Notes: generated by a model not told the origin, from the letters alone. DNA of 64,000 bases from Eledone cirrhosa (GCA_964016885.1 OZ024741.1:367660001-367724000), one strand, 5' to 3'. Positions 13,473-28,257 are shown, counted from the stretch's first letter. Made by a program: numbers and translations.

Positions 13473-13532
13473 TCAGAATACATTTCACCAAATAACGGCG
13501 AAATTAGGTATTTTGAAACGGATCATCAGTGA
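13473..13532 (-). ncRNA. Degenerate type I hammerhead ribozyme candidate
   Basis: Minus strand reads tca-CTGATGA-tccg...tggt-GAAA-tgtat-TC-tga. Stem III is imperfect. Lies about 200 nt from a (TA)n tract. Confidence 0.45.
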
Positions 13533-13908
13533 GGGAATTTCAAAATCACCTAATCTCACTCAATACAAGGTTAAAGTGGCTAAACGCATATGATATCAAT
13601 ACATGAATTTAGCACCCGCAACGACATGAAGGGTTCTCGTCCACTAGAAATAACAGTCCAACTTCTCGACATAAACAGCTCATAAAATAAGAAGCAGGCA
13701 AATTATATATATTAGCAGAAAAACCACCATTCGGGTGGTTTTCTGCTACCATGTGTAGTGTGTATTATACGCAAGCATATATACATGTAGATATGATACA
13801 TCAAATAAAATGGTAATTGACAATATATACAGAAATTGAACGAAGACGTTGTTACCTTGTCTTATGTAATCAGTAACGTAATCCATGATACATTAAAAAA
13901 AGACGATA

Positions 13909-14147
13909 TCTAATATATATTTGTGAAATGGGTGGTGGTTGAAATTCAGATGTGCACGGTTAAATGGTAGTAGACGTGGTCGGACTGACATGAACATTTA
14001 CACACCTATGTAAAACGTGCCAAGGAAGCAAATAGATGAGGTTTCAAATCTCTAACTTGAAAAATGTGGTCCCTGGGGCCCCAAAACTATCGCGTTCGGT
14101 GAGTTATTTCCCCCTGTTCTAATACTTTTGTCTTATTTACAATTTCA
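13909..14147 (+). mobile_element. 5' segment of a Helitron, direct repeat of about 15757-15995
   Basis: A|TC start; about 240 bp nearly identical to the start of the element at 15757. Confidence 0.75.
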
Positions 14148-14203
14148 TACAAATAAAGCAGTAAATAAAGGATTATGAGTTCATGCAATTGACTTATGTT
14201 TCG

Positions 14204-14237
<34 letters not shown>

Positions 14238-14243
<6 letters not shown>

Positions 14244-15756
14244 GAAAACGCTTTAAAAAAAATAATATCAACTGTAATGTATGTATGCATGTATTTATGT
14301 GTTTATATGAGCGGGGATATGCAAGTAAATCTTACTTTGTGGACAGCTTATCCTTAGCATAATATTCATGCTAGAACAGCATATATTTGAAAGTTTTCAG
14401 GGAGTTGAATTGCTGATTTTGGATCGGCAGCTTTAGCTTTGAAAAAATGAAATGTGCAGTGTAAACATTTTTTATTATTCCTCCGGGGATGAATCTTCTC
14501 TGCATTTTTCCATCTCTTTCTTTCTCTCTGGAAGAAATCAGCCGTAGTAAGACCTAAAAAAATGGTTAGATACACCATGACGCACCGTGCAACATGGTGG
14601 AGTTGTAAAGTAGACTCAGAACATGGCGTTGTGTGGGGTGGCTCGCAGCCCAATGTTCCAGAAGAAGAAGATGTCTACTATATAAATTGGAAGTGGTAGG
14701 ACGTTGTATATGTAGGTGTAGTCGGATAAACGTCGAAACGTCTTGGTGGAATGCAGCGAAAATTTACACAGTTATGCAGAATGACCCGAGGAGTCGTTGG
14801 GTCGACTTTCAAGTTACAATCTTCTATGGTTACGGAGAAAATCGATGAAACATGGATTTCCCATTCAAATTGAACTGAGAGTAATCTGTGAACGAAGAAG
14901 TAATTATTTCGAGAAACGTTGCAACCGAACGAAAACAGGAAGACGATATTTTGGTTCGTGAGGACGTTCCCTGGCAATGAACGTGAAAAAAGCGAGGATA
15001 ATACGTCGTTATGTGGATCGTGAAGAACAATTTCATGCAAAGACAAGACCAAGTTTATGGTATAAATGGAGTCGTTAGACTAATATTCTATTTAAAATAA
15101 CAGAATGATTTCCAGCCCCGTTGTTTAAGAATGATGTAAATAAAATTGAAAACGAAAATGACAGAGGTTATTAAAATAGTAAAAGTAAATAGTGAAGATT
15201 TAGGCCAGTACATACGTATGCCCCGACGAACATAGACATACATACGCACACACAAATACATACACCCCCCCCCCCCCCACACACACACACACACACGAAC
15301 GTATGCGCGTATGTATAAACCTTATGCATTTCTACAGTATTTTCACCAAACTTAAGACATAGGTTACTTATGTACTCCGGATGGTCATGAGCACTGTCAT
15401 TTTTCCAGATATTGATTATAGGGCCCCCCGGCAGATAACCCCTTTAACCACTTTAACCACTTCCTTGGAGTCGACTGAAGCACTGCAGTGCAATGCAACA
15501 AAACGTCATAACTTCTGGAGTTCGCAACCGATTTTCACAAAACTTGACACATGGGCTACGTTTGTCCTACAGATGAATGTGAACTCTCAGAATTGGCACA
15601 TATTGGGTAGGGGACCCCTGGGGGGCAGGAACCCCCTTTTGGAAAAAGCCGATGATTTTGTAAAAGTATAGTTTTCGAAGCAGCACTGAAGTATTGACAT
15701 AAATGGTATACACAATTGCTATTTAATATCCGAGCAACGCCGGGTACCTCTGCTAG
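14238..15756 (+). mobile_element. Helitron-like element with unidentified internal cargo
   Basis: 3' end ccgagcaacgccgggtacctctgCTAG, the same hairpin as at 46175-46202. The 5' boundary is uncertain. Confidence 0.6.
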
Positions 15757-16867
15757 TCTAATATATATTTGTGAAATGAGCGGTGGTTGAAATTCAAATG
15801 TGCACGGTTAAATGGTAGTAGACGTGATCGGACTGACATGAAAATTTACACACTTATGTAAAAAGTGCCAAGGAAGCAAATAGACGAGGTTTCAAATCTC
15901 TAACTTGAAAAATGTGGTCCCTGGGGCCCCAAAACTATCGCGTTCGGTGAGTTATTTCCCCCTGTTCTAATACTTTTGTCTTATTTACAATTTCATCATC
16001 CTTCTACATTTAACGATCATACAGTACCGTTTTATGAAATCGATTCTGCAGTACGGTCACTGTTTTCCATCAAAAGAAATAAAACCCTCGGCGATACTTG
16101 GTTTTAGTGTCCTAAATTATCATCATCGACATTCAATTACTAGCTCCACCCACTACCCGATACGTCACGAAAGTAAATGTTTCGAAAAGATTTTAAACTG
16201 TATATCGCAACAATATATTGTTTAAAGAAATTTTTTTTCTGTTGTTAAAAACTGTAAATCTGTTTTTAAAAAAATGTATTTCGCAGCAATTTTTCTCTGT
16301 TAAAAACTGTAAATAAATATTCATGTAAAAATGAAGCATAGTGTTTCGGTTAAAAACTTAAAAACTGTAAATAAATATTCATGTAAAAATGAAGCATTGT
16401 TTTTCTGTGAAAAACTGTAAATAAATATTTATTTTGTTCAAAAAATAAATCAAAAATCTAATTTTCTCTGTTAATATTTTAATAAATATTTATTCTAAAA
16501 ATTCTGTTTTTTCGTGTAAAAATGAAGCATGTAAGAAAATGAACATGTAAAAATCAAGCCGCAGCAGCAGCTGATGACGTGTCGTGACGTATCGTGTAGT
16601 GGGTGGAGCTAATAATTGAATGTCGATGATGATAATTTAGGACACTAAAGTATTTTTCAAATTGCATATCATCGACATTGCTATTTCGCTGTTAATAAAC
16701 AACGCTTTTCACGTCGCTCCACTTCTCATTGTACGCCGTCCAGCCCCAAGTGCATATTTCTATTTTTTTTCCTGAAACTGCTTCTTTATAATAAACTTTC
16801 AATAATATTTTTCAAATTATTAACTTAATAAAAAGTGGCCCCGGATGCAACCGGGCTCAGCTGCTAG
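15757..16867 (+). mobile_element. Non-autonomous Helitron
   Basis: Begins TC directly after the upstream CTAG; ends cccggatgcaaccggg...ctgCTAG|T. Confidence 0.75.
16103..16649. mobile_element. MITE-like element with ~67-bp terminal inverted repeats, nested in the Helitron
   Basis: 16103-16170 is the near reverse complement of 16582-16649. Internal AT-rich tandem subrepeats (aaaaactgtaaataaatatt). Confidence 0.75.
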
Positions 16868-17373
16868 TTATATATAAACTGCATTAGGAGAAAATTAGTA
16901 TGTTTATTTAAGTGATCGCCACCGGAAGTGTTGACATCACACACTCTCTCTTTCTATATATATGGTAGTTGAAGTGGTGTTGGTGGCAACGATATACCGG
17001 AAGTGCAACTTTGAAAAGAAGTCAATTTTAAATTATTTATTTTTACGAAATTATTTTTGTTTACGAAATTTAGTAGATAAATTATGTAATATTCATTCTT
17101 TATTTATTCAAAGTAATCCAACTTATTTTACTAACAGTAAAAAAATAAACCGTACGCAGTCCCACAGACCTTCCTTTATTATAGTTTAGATACATATATA
17201 TAGTAATAATAATAAATGTGAAGACTAAAATCCAAAGAGGGTTCGATAAGGATAAATATATATCAAACATATAAAAACCATAGAGCAAATATTTATTAAA
17301 ATAATGGATTAAAGTTTAAGCAAGGAATCGATGCTTTCACCCTTCAGCGATTCTTTGCTTAAACTTTAATCCG

Positions 17374-17454
<81 letters not shown>

Positions 17455-17457
<3 letters not shown>

Positions 17458-17724
17458 TCCCGTTAGACCTGTGCGAAATTCCTTCCTTGCTCACATTTCA
17501 ACCAGGTTTGATGGTCTTTATTTTCTCTCGTTCACGATTTCACCGAACTTATATTCATGGAAATTTTTGAACTTGACTCGCTCTTCCTCACTTTTCGTTG
17601 CTTCACCATCTTTGTTTGTTTACACTCTCGCTGTTCCCTTTATTTACATGCCCCAACGACTTTCTTTAGCCGTTGCTCGCACCAACCGGAGGTATATGGT
17701 CTTTAAAGAGGACCACTTTATTCA
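17455..17724 (+). mobile_element. Truncated copy of the (TA)n-embedded element at 36051-36788
   Basis: Reverse complement of about 36145-36390; (TA)n on both sides. Confidence 0.8.
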
Positions 17725-17822
17725 TATATATATATATATATATATATATGGGGGAGGTAAGGTAGTACGGTGAAATACTATTGTTGGTACCAAATAAAGC
17801 ACTCTGTGCACAGGCAGAGTGT

Positions 17823-18022
17823 ATATAATAGAAAAAACAACGAAGTTTCGTTTACATATGAAAAATATTTATTGCGTATCGACCTGTTACGCGCGTTCCA
17901 CAGAGGATCGGCTCCTATGGGTCCCCTTGACCCAATCCTCTGCGAAACGCACGTAACAGCTCGATACGCAATAAATAATTTTCATATGTAAACGAAACTT
18001 CCTCGTTTTTTCTATTACATAT
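17823..18022. repeat. ~200-bp fold-back (arms about 90 bp) made of two PLE-like 3' termini
   Basis: Arms are reverse complements. Each carries G(A/G)AACGC(A/G)CGTA followed by AATAAA and ends in TA. Confidence 0.75.
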
Positions 18023-18099
18023 ATGAGTATGTATGTATATCTGCGCGCGCGTGTGTAGACATACAAACACACATACATGTATATATACATTCACCACCT

Positions 18100-18512
18100 C
18101 TAAACAGGTACTCTATTTATCGATCCTTGAAAGGCAGAGCTGACTTCGGCAAGATTTGAACCCAGAGCTCAGTAGGCCGAAACAAACACTAAGACATTCA
18201 ATCTGACGTCCTCACGACTCTGCCAATTCGCCGCTGAAGAATTAAAATTGTTACAAAGTAGTTAGACTGTTATTGTTATATCTAGAAACTGAAACATTAT
18301 TTGACAATAAACGTGTGCACGGTGAATTGTCAGTATCGGTAGAGGGTCGCACGCCATGCTTTCCAGCATAGTTAGGTCCCTTTACGGTCTGAGTTTAAAT
18401 CCGGTTGAGATTAACTTTGCCTTTCATCCTTACGGGGTCGATAAAATAAAGTACCAGTAATACACTGGGTTAATTGCTGGCCTTGTGCCAAAAGTAGAAA
18501 CAATTATTATTA
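18100..18512. mobile_element. Two SINE copies in opposite orientation (about 18100-18236 minus, 18325-18512 plus)
   Basis: Core motif present on both strands. Confidence 0.75.
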
Positions 18513-19913
18513 TTTCCAGTTCAAAAACGTTACCATTGTAACTGCAAACTCCTACCTAAGTTAGGTTTGAAGTTATTTACATTCCAGTGTCAGAGAGACT
18601 TTTGTCAGAAATAACACGTTTTCTATATCTCTGACATTGCTCAAAATCTAGGATACACACGTAAACACAAACAAGAACTGATATACGCCCCAGAAAATAC
18701 ACACACACACACACACACACATACACACACACACACACACTCACACACTCCAACAAGCATACACACATACACACACTCCAACAAACATACACACATACGT
18801 TGGACTGCTGTCGTTCCGACGATGCATGTTCTAGTTGTTTGAACAACAGAACAACCTGCCCGTAAAAATAATGTGAAAAATGGTCGAGCATTCAACAAAC
18901 ACGTGCACTCTTAATTCAGTTCTCAGGGAGATTCAGTCTGACACAGAACTGTTGTTGTGTTTGGCAAATTATTATTGCGCATGGTATCATAGTTTTGTGT
19001 GTGATATGTTATATATCATACTTCTCTTGTATATGGTATCTAGCCTTTCTTTTCTCCCTCCAAATTACATGTTCTATAATTTCATTAAATGGAAAGAGCA
19101 AACGGAATCATTGAAAATATAATTACAAAGTTAACATAAAGAGCAGTGTGCTCATGCGCAGAGATGTCTGTATATCTGTCTGCAGACGATGCATTACCAC
19201 AGTTTCCATCCGATTTTGTTCTAATTTGATACATAGGTTATTTAGTTCCTGGAGCATGTCCACTTATAGTTTAAATCTTGCTCTTCTCTAAAATAGCTCT
19301 GGGGCTATTTAAAGACGGCCATGTTGATGAGAGAGGGGGGGGGGTATTTATTTACAGTGGCGGAATGTGTGCCCGGCAGCTAGCAAGTAGCTTATAAAAT
19401 TGAGTGAAGACCCTTAAAGATGGGGCTATTTTATAGCATCTCCGCACATGAACACACCACTCATTATATTAACTTCATCCCCTCAGCCTTTGTAGAAGTC
19501 CGAGAGGTTGGCTACGTAAACATAATTACAAAGAATATATAATAATGAAAGTATTTTTAAAAGAGGGGGGGGGTAGAAAAGGGATTTTTTAAAAATAAAC
19601 AGGAAAGAAAAGAAAAAAAAATGGTGGTGGAGGTAAATTAATTAATGAAACAAAGAGAAGGGGAAGGGGTAGGTGGTATATCCCAGCTGCATCAAGCCTG
19701 TGATACCTACTGCATCAGTCATACCACCTCACGAGATTCCTTCCTCGGGCGGGATGCACTTCTCTCGATTTTGCGGAACAAAACGTCTGTCCGGGGACCG
19801 AAGAAACTGGAGGTGACGTCGATCATAAGCAAGGGATAACCAAGCAGCAAGCTACAAGTCTATTGACACACTATAGAAGAACAAAAATAGAAAATCAAAC
19901 TTTAATTTGTGTG

Positions 19914-20204
19914 GTCTAAAGTCTAAAGTCTGTCTAAGCCAGAAGGCTCGTTAAGCCAGTGCTTATCCCGGTTTCATGGCGTGAAGCGACTGAGAGTACA
20001 AGATCTCCCCCCCCCCCCAGGACAGGACGCCAGTCCATCGCAGGGTTGAACCCCCAGCTATTGCTGGTACTCATTTTCAGCTGAGTATACTGGAGCAACT
20101 GAAATGAAGTGTTTTGTTGAGAACACAATACGCAACCCAGGAATCGAACCCACGACATCATGATCGTAAGTCCAACACTCTTACCACTAGGCCACGTGCT
20201 TTCA
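19914..20204 (-). mobile_element. tRNA-derived SINE, longer family (V/Meta-like body)
   Basis: Minus strand: A box tggcctagtgg, B box ggttcgattcc, body ctgcgatggactggcgtcctgtcc, (tttagac)n tail. Related copies at about 1670-1810, 50940-51125, 59349-59510 and 59790-60030. Confidence 0.8.
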
Positions 20205-20510
20205 TGATTTGGGTTGTAGAGTAGACTTAATCCGTGGTCCGGTTTAACATGACCATCTAACCTTTGGGCTAGAAGTATTCGGACGAAGGTATCTCTTGGT
20301 TTAAAAATCTGAAATGGTTGCTTTCCCGTCCCTTTCCCCACCACCATTAAAGGAGGTCATAAGCGCTATTCTATCCACTTCCCTTAACTAAGCCCAAAAC
20401 AAATTACGTTGTTTATTTAGAGTGGTTTCGACAGTAACTGTCATACAAACATTTGCATAAAAGAGAACATAGTTATACACACACACACATAGACTCTCAC
20501 ATACACGCGC

Positions 20511-20607
<97 letters not shown>

Positions 20608-21434
20608 GACAGGGGGGAAGAAAAAATGGCTTCACTTGCGCTTTCAACAAATTTATTTTCTTCACAAAATCCAAAAAGAATTTTTTCCGGATTAGAAAAA
20701 AAAAGTTTTTCTTAAAAAAAATTATTTTATAAATTAAGTTAGGTCTTAGGAGTTCTTGGTTAACGTAGGAGGTATTGTTTCGTTTTTAGAACGACCTTTC
20801 ACGCTGAGGTGCGCTTGTCAAATTGATGTGTATGTGGTGTGTTGTTCTATATATAGGGATTTAACATGTCTGTGGTGTGGTGGGGGTTTTTTTCCTCCCC
20901 CTTTTTAATAAGTGCATGGGTGTAGGTGTGTTGAAAAAGTGTTAATAGCAGTAATGAGTTGAGACGGTGAGTAGGGTTGGGTGGGGAGAAATGTAGCAAG
21001 TGCGGCCTGCCCCGGTCATTCTCGAAAAATTCATTTATTCAGGGGATTCCTTTGTGTTGAGAATGGTCACAGGCAAATCGCACCTGCCAAGTTTGTAAAC
21101 AATTATTTTTTTCCCTGAAGAATTTTTCTACGTCCATCCCAAAGTTAGTCCTTTGTTCAACACACACATATGTGCGTATATACGTACATACACACACGGG
21201 CATATGTAGGAATATATAGGCACACACCATCAATCACACACCCATGTACATATACATCCACATACATACACAAAAACATATAAAGACACATATAAAAACA
21301 CATATACACATACGTACACACGCGAATATGTACTCATACCTCCACATGGGTATATATATATATACATACATACATATACATACATATACACACATAAAGA
21401 TACATAACTAAATATACATATATACCCATACGCG

Positions 21435-21466
<32 letters not shown>

Positions 21467-21557
21467 TACACACACGTGTACACACACACACATATACATA
21501 TGTCCGTATATATACCTCCGTTCACACATACATGCATACACACACATACACACATAC

Positions 21558-21624
<67 letters not shown>

Positions 21625-21625
21625 C

Positions 21626-21665
<40 letters not shown>

Positions 21666-21777
21666 CTATATATATAGATACATACATATATACATACATA
21701 TATGTACACATAAACACATACAGACACATACACACATATACAAACATATACACATATACATATATCTATATATATAT

Positions 21778-21830
<53 letters not shown>

Positions 21831-21885
21831 CATACACATACACATACAAGTACATACATACACACATACATATATACACATACAT

Positions 21886-21959
<74 letters not shown>

Positions 21960-21982
<23 letters not shown>

Positions 21983-22328
21983 TATACATACACACACATA
22001 CATACACACACATATATATATATATGTGTGTACACACAGCACATAAAGACACATATATACAGACATATATATATATATATATACATATATATACATACAT
22101 CTACATACATACATACATATACACATACAGAAACATACACATATGTACACACATATATACATATATGCACATACATACACACACACACATATATATATAG
22201 ATACATACATATACATACACACACATATCAACATATATCTATATATACATATATATATATATATACACAAACATACACATACATACATATATATATATAT
22301 ATACACATATATACACACATACACACAC

Positions 22329-22363
<35 letters not shown>

Positions 22364-22776
22364 TACAAACATACACACATCCATACATATATATACACAC
22401 ACATACACACACCCACATACATATATACCCACACGTACATACATCCATACATACCTATACACATATAAGTGTGTCTCACCGTTCACTCTGATATTCATGT
22501 GTACACATAAGAGGGGGGGTAGTGAAATGGAATTCTTCATTGAAAAATTTAAACCACTACTGAACACGAAAAAATGAATTAACACTCGGGGGTAAAATTC
22601 CATTTCACTACCCCCCCCCCCTCTTATGTGTACACATGAATATCTGAATGAACGGTGAGACACACACATATATGTGTGTAGGTATGTATGGATGTATGTA
22701 CGTGTGGGTATATATGTATGTGGGTGTGTGTATGTGTGTGTGTGTATATATATGTATGGATGTGTGTATGTTTGTA

Positions 22777-22807
<31 letters not shown>

Positions 22808-23060
22808 GTGTGTGTGTATGTGTGTATATATGTGTATATATATATATATGTATGTATGTGTATGTTTGTGTATATATATATGTATATATATATATATATG
22901 TATATATAGATATATGTTTATATGTGTGTGTATGTATATGTATATATCTATATATATGTGTTTGTGTGTATGTATGTGCATATATGTATATATGTGTGTA
23001 CATATGTGTATGTTTCTGTATGTGTATATGTATGTATGTATGTATGTAGATGTATGTATA

Positions 23061-23129
<69 letters not shown>

Positions 23130-23198
23130 ATATGTGTCTTTATGTGCTTGTGTGTACACACATATATATATATATGTGTGTGTGTATGTATGTGTGTG

Positions 23199-23200
<2 letters not shown>
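21960..23200. repeat. Internal palindrome (arms about 600 bp, ~60-bp spacer) present only in the left arm
   Basis: gtgtacacataagagggggggtagtgaaatggaatt (22499-22534) is mirrored at 22598-22636, and the mirror extends through degenerate TA/CA sequence. Confidence 0.85.
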
Positions 23201-23268
<68 letters not shown>

Positions 23269-23321
23269 TAAAAAATAATGAATAAAACAATGAAACAGTT
23301 CCTTATATTAAACAAAAAAAG

Positions 23322-23475
23322 TTCATTATTTAACGATCGTTTCTAGGATATATATGTGTTAGAATTGGCATGCATATTCAACAGATCCATGTACAAAATT
23401 ATACAAAATTATACAAACTAGCAAAATTAAATATACATACCAACACATATATATGCCGTCTTCAGAAATAATGAA
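23322..23475 (-). ncRNA. Type I hammerhead ribozyme with very long stem II (left-arm copy)
   Basis: Mirror of 31336-31489; about 60 nt from the (TA)n ending at 23262. Confidence 0.75.
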
Positions 23476-24070
23476 ATATATTTATTGATAATAACAACAA
23501 TTCAAAATTACAGGTCTGTTTGGGAACAGAGTTCAAATTGACCAATGAAAATACAAAAAGTTTATACAGTTAGGTGTGTGTATATATGTAAGTAACTTCG
23601 TCCACAGATATGCATAAAGATATATGTTCACATGCATACGCATGCCAAAAAGATGTATGTAAATACAAAAATTCAAGGCTAATGTCTCTGTATGTTTATA
23701 ATCTACAGATAAAATACGTATACACATATAAATATAAAATAAATATATACACACATTCATATACTCACACATATACGTACATTCACACACACACGCGCGT
23801 ATACGCATAAGCATACACACAACCACGAACATATATACACACACACACCCCCACACACATATATATGTGTGTCTATACTATTATCATAAGCATATGGACA
23901 TTAATGCGCGCACATAAACACTGCCACACATATTTAGATCCAGATACAGAAAGTAGGTGGGGGGGGAGAAGAGGTCAGTATTCACCGGTGTCAGCAGACT
24001 GCCTATTTATAAATGTATCTATAAATTTATGAATAAAAAGAAAAGAAAAAGAAAAAAGAAATATATCAAG

Positions 24071-24133
<63 letters not shown>

Positions 24134-24169
24134 ACAAGTGAAATATAAAATATACATCGATATACATAC

Positions 24170-24210
<41 letters not shown>

Positions 24211-24423
24211 TATACATACATATACATACACATATACATAAACACATACATACACATACATATACATACACACACCATATAAATACACATACACATACAC
24301 ACACGCATACATATAGAGACACATACATATACACATATAAATACATAGAGATATACACTTATACACACATATATATACATACACATACACGCATACATAT
24401 ATATATATATATACACATTCACA

Positions 24424-24465
<42 letters not shown>

Positions 24466-24521
24466 CTACACACATATATAAACACACTCATGTATATACA
24501 CACATACACATACATACCCAC

Positions 24522-24608
<87 letters not shown>

Positions 24609-24684
24609 TATACACACACATACATACACACACATACACATACACATATATAAAGATATATATACACACATACACACACATATA

Positions 24685-24727
<43 letters not shown>

Positions 24728-24828
24728 TATATATATACACACATACATACACACACATACATACTCATACATAGACATACATATATACTCACACACACAT
24801 ACACACATACATATACGCATATATACAC

Positions 24829-24883
<55 letters not shown>

Positions 24884-25080
24884 TACATATATATACATAT
24901 ATATATAAAAAAATAAAGAAATAAAATAAATAAATAAATAAATTAATTAATATACACAGTCAGACAAATATGCACACACATACATATACACATATATATA
25001 CATACACATATACATATACATATATATATATATATATATACATATACATACATATATATATACACATACACACATCAACT

Positions 25081-25118
<38 letters not shown>

Positions 25119-25268
25119 TCACATATACATGCGCACATACGTACATATATACACATACACACATATACACATAGACATATACATGTGCATATATATACAT
25201 ACACACATATACCCACATAAATACATAGATACACATATATATACACATATATATACATACATATATAT

Positions 25269-25329
<61 letters not shown>

Positions 25330-25988
25330 ATCATACACCCTTATTTACATGCGCACATATGTATTTTTATACTCACATACAAACACCCAAACATACATAC
25401 CTACCTACATATACATACATACATCCACGCTTACAAATACAAATAATAATAGTAGGGGGGGAGGGGGGGATTATAGTAAATATAGGTTTCAAGAAACATA
25501 GAATATTAATCTGCATTTAGATCATAATATGTGTTTACATAGTAGTTTCAGTATTAGGAAATGTAAGAAAGAAGGCAAAATTATGCATTTCAATATAAGT
25601 ATACCATTAATTATAGGTTAACTAAATTAAAGATAGTTAATATATTGATTTCTAAGGTGTATACTATTTAGGTTTATAATATTTGAAGCGGAATTTTGAA
25701 GTTAAATAGTAGTAGAGTATTAATTATAGTATAACTAAATTAAAATTATTAACGTTATGGTATCAATATTAGGAAATGAATTTAGTAATAGGAAAAAAAC
25801 AAATAAAGTATTACATCGGTAGTAGAATATAAATTATAGGTTAACTAAATTAAAAATTATATATTAATTTCTATAGTATATGTTAATTAGGTTTATAATA
25901 ATTAAAACAGATATTGTATTTTATCTATAGTAGAATATAATTATAGGTAAACAGAAATTAAAATTAATACATACACATATACATATAC

Positions 25989-26035
<47 letters not shown>

Positions 26036-26515
26036 TATACATACATATACATATTTTTTCAAAAATTGCAAAGAATATATTAACTAGGTATACATCCAAA
26101 ACCTATCTCAGTCTATGATTACATGACACTCTGCAATCCATCTGTATTAGGATATTAATTTTAAGCCAATTAAATTAAATTTTTAGGTTAACCAAATTTA
26201 AAACCAAATTATAAATATATTTCTAAAATGTACATTAATTAGGTCTATAATACTAAAAATTATTTCTCTGTCATTGAATACACGATATTTTGTTATATTT
26301 TATCTGTAAAGGAATTTTAATAAAAGGTTAAATAAATTAAAATTAATCTATAAATTAATTTACGAAGTATATATTAGTAATATTTAAAAGTTTTTCACAA
26401 TTTATGATTACACAATATTTTATAATCTCATCTGTAGTAGAATTTTAATTAAATTAAATTTATAGGTTAACTAACATTTAAATTAAATTATACATTAATT
26501 TCTAAAATAATGTTA

Positions 26516-27798
26516 TTAATTAGGTTTATAATATTTAAATGTTTTTCTTAGTTTATGATTACACGATATAATTAATTCCTGTCGTTTATTTAATAGGATA
26601 TCCTTAGATTTCATTATTTCAAATAGTTCTTGGGAACATAATCTACATTCATTTCTATTATTTTGATAAGGGGTGGCTCTTTTGAGCACACTCAGGTCAT
26701 ATCATATTCTATATTCTTATTTTTATAACTATTGATTTTTTTCTGCTAGAGATGTCGTATTAGCCAGTGCGGCATTTTTAAAACTATGTTTGTGGGTATT
26801 AAACCTTGCCTTAAAATTGTTAGAAGTAGCTCCTATATATGAGCAAATAGAATCTTTAGTTTTAACATTACATTTATAAACTATGTTGTTAACAAGACAA
26901 TTTCCTTTTAATGGGCAGTTTGCTTTGTTTCTACAGTTACAACCTTTCGTTAATTCTGTATTTGAGGAGATATTATGGTTAGTTTGATGTATTGGTGGTA
27001 TACTTATGGTATTCTTACATTTATATGCATTATAGGCACTTATATTTTGTTTTATGTTATTTGTTGTTGAGTATGACTGTAGACCTATTTAAGATTTGAT
27101 GGTATTTGTGGTTTGGCAGGAAGTTTTTCTCTAGGATATAAAAAATTTTTTTAGCAATATTATCCTTAATTTGTAAATTAAATGGAGCATTATACCAAGT
27201 AACCCGTCTATTACGGTTTCTATGTTGTTTATTATTTTTATAGGTTGTATCGTGATGTTTACTAGGAGGATTAATGTTAATGATCTCACCACGCACATTT
27301 TTAGTTAGATTTGTAGATTTAGGTGTTTTATCTTGTTTATTAGGAGTTTTATTATTAACATTTATTAGAGTTGTATGATGAGTAGTTTTTTTGAGAGTTA
27401 CTATACTTTATATTAGAAGAGTTGTTGGTATTTTGGGGTATAGTGTGGGTGGCATTTAGGTGTGTACTTTTCATTTGGTGTTTGTTGGTAATATTAGGTT
27501 GTATGTTTATAGTATTTTTAGTAGAAGGTATATATTCTAATCTATTTTTGTGGCCACTTCTATCTAGAGCTTCGTTATAGAAGGTCGCATTTTTATCAAA
27601 TACATATTGGTTAGAAGAAAGGTTAGAAATTCTAAGTGATATATTATATGCAAGGTTTTTAAGGATAGATTTAGGGTGATTAGATTGTGAGTGTATGTAG
27701 TGTAAGTTTTGGTTGGGTTTATGGTAAGGTTGGTAGATACCCGTAGCTAAGTCTAAAGTTATATCTAGGAAATTTACTACTTTACTTGTTTTTTCAAA
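26516..27798 (-). pseudogene. Penelope-like element: RT thumb + GIY-YIG endonuclease remnant (Hydra-like subtype, tentative)
   Basis: Manual translation: VVNFLDITLDLATGIYQPYHKPN...SNHP...ALDRSG; RRVTWYNAPF; CNCRNKANCPLKGNCLVNNIVYKC...SYIGATSNNFKARFNTH; CRLCSQE; LNKRQELIISCNH*. Several frameshifts. Confidence 0.88.
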
Positions 27799-28222
27799 TT
27801 TAATTAAAATTCTACTACAGATGAGATTATAAAATATTGTGTAATCATAAATTGTGAAAAACTTTTAAATATTACTAATATATACTTCGTAAATTAATTT
27901 ATAGATTAATTTTAATTTATTTAACCTTTTATTAAAATTCCTTTACAGATAAAATATAACAAAATATCGTGTATTCAATGACAGAGAAATAATTTTTAGT
28001 ATTATAGACCTAATTAATGTACATTTTAGAAATATATTTATAATTTGGTTTTAAATTTGGTTAACCTAAAAATTTAATTTAATTGGCTTAAAATTAATAT
28101 CCTAATACAGATGGATTGCAGAGTGTCATGTAATCATAGACTGAGATAGGTTTTGGATGTATACCTAGTTAATATATTCTTTGCAATTTTTGAAAAAATA
28201 TGTATATGTATGTATATATATG

Positions 28223-28257
<35 letters not shown>

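Noticed and set aside
16250-16560. CRISPR-like repeat array
   Set aside because: Degenerate AT-rich subrepeats inside a MITE in eukaryotic context; no unique spacers or cas genes.
21230-23290. 686-aa ORF and the many other Y/I/V/C/M/H/T-rich ORFs
   Set aside because: Translations of TA/TG/CA microsatellites, which lack stop codons; no domain content.
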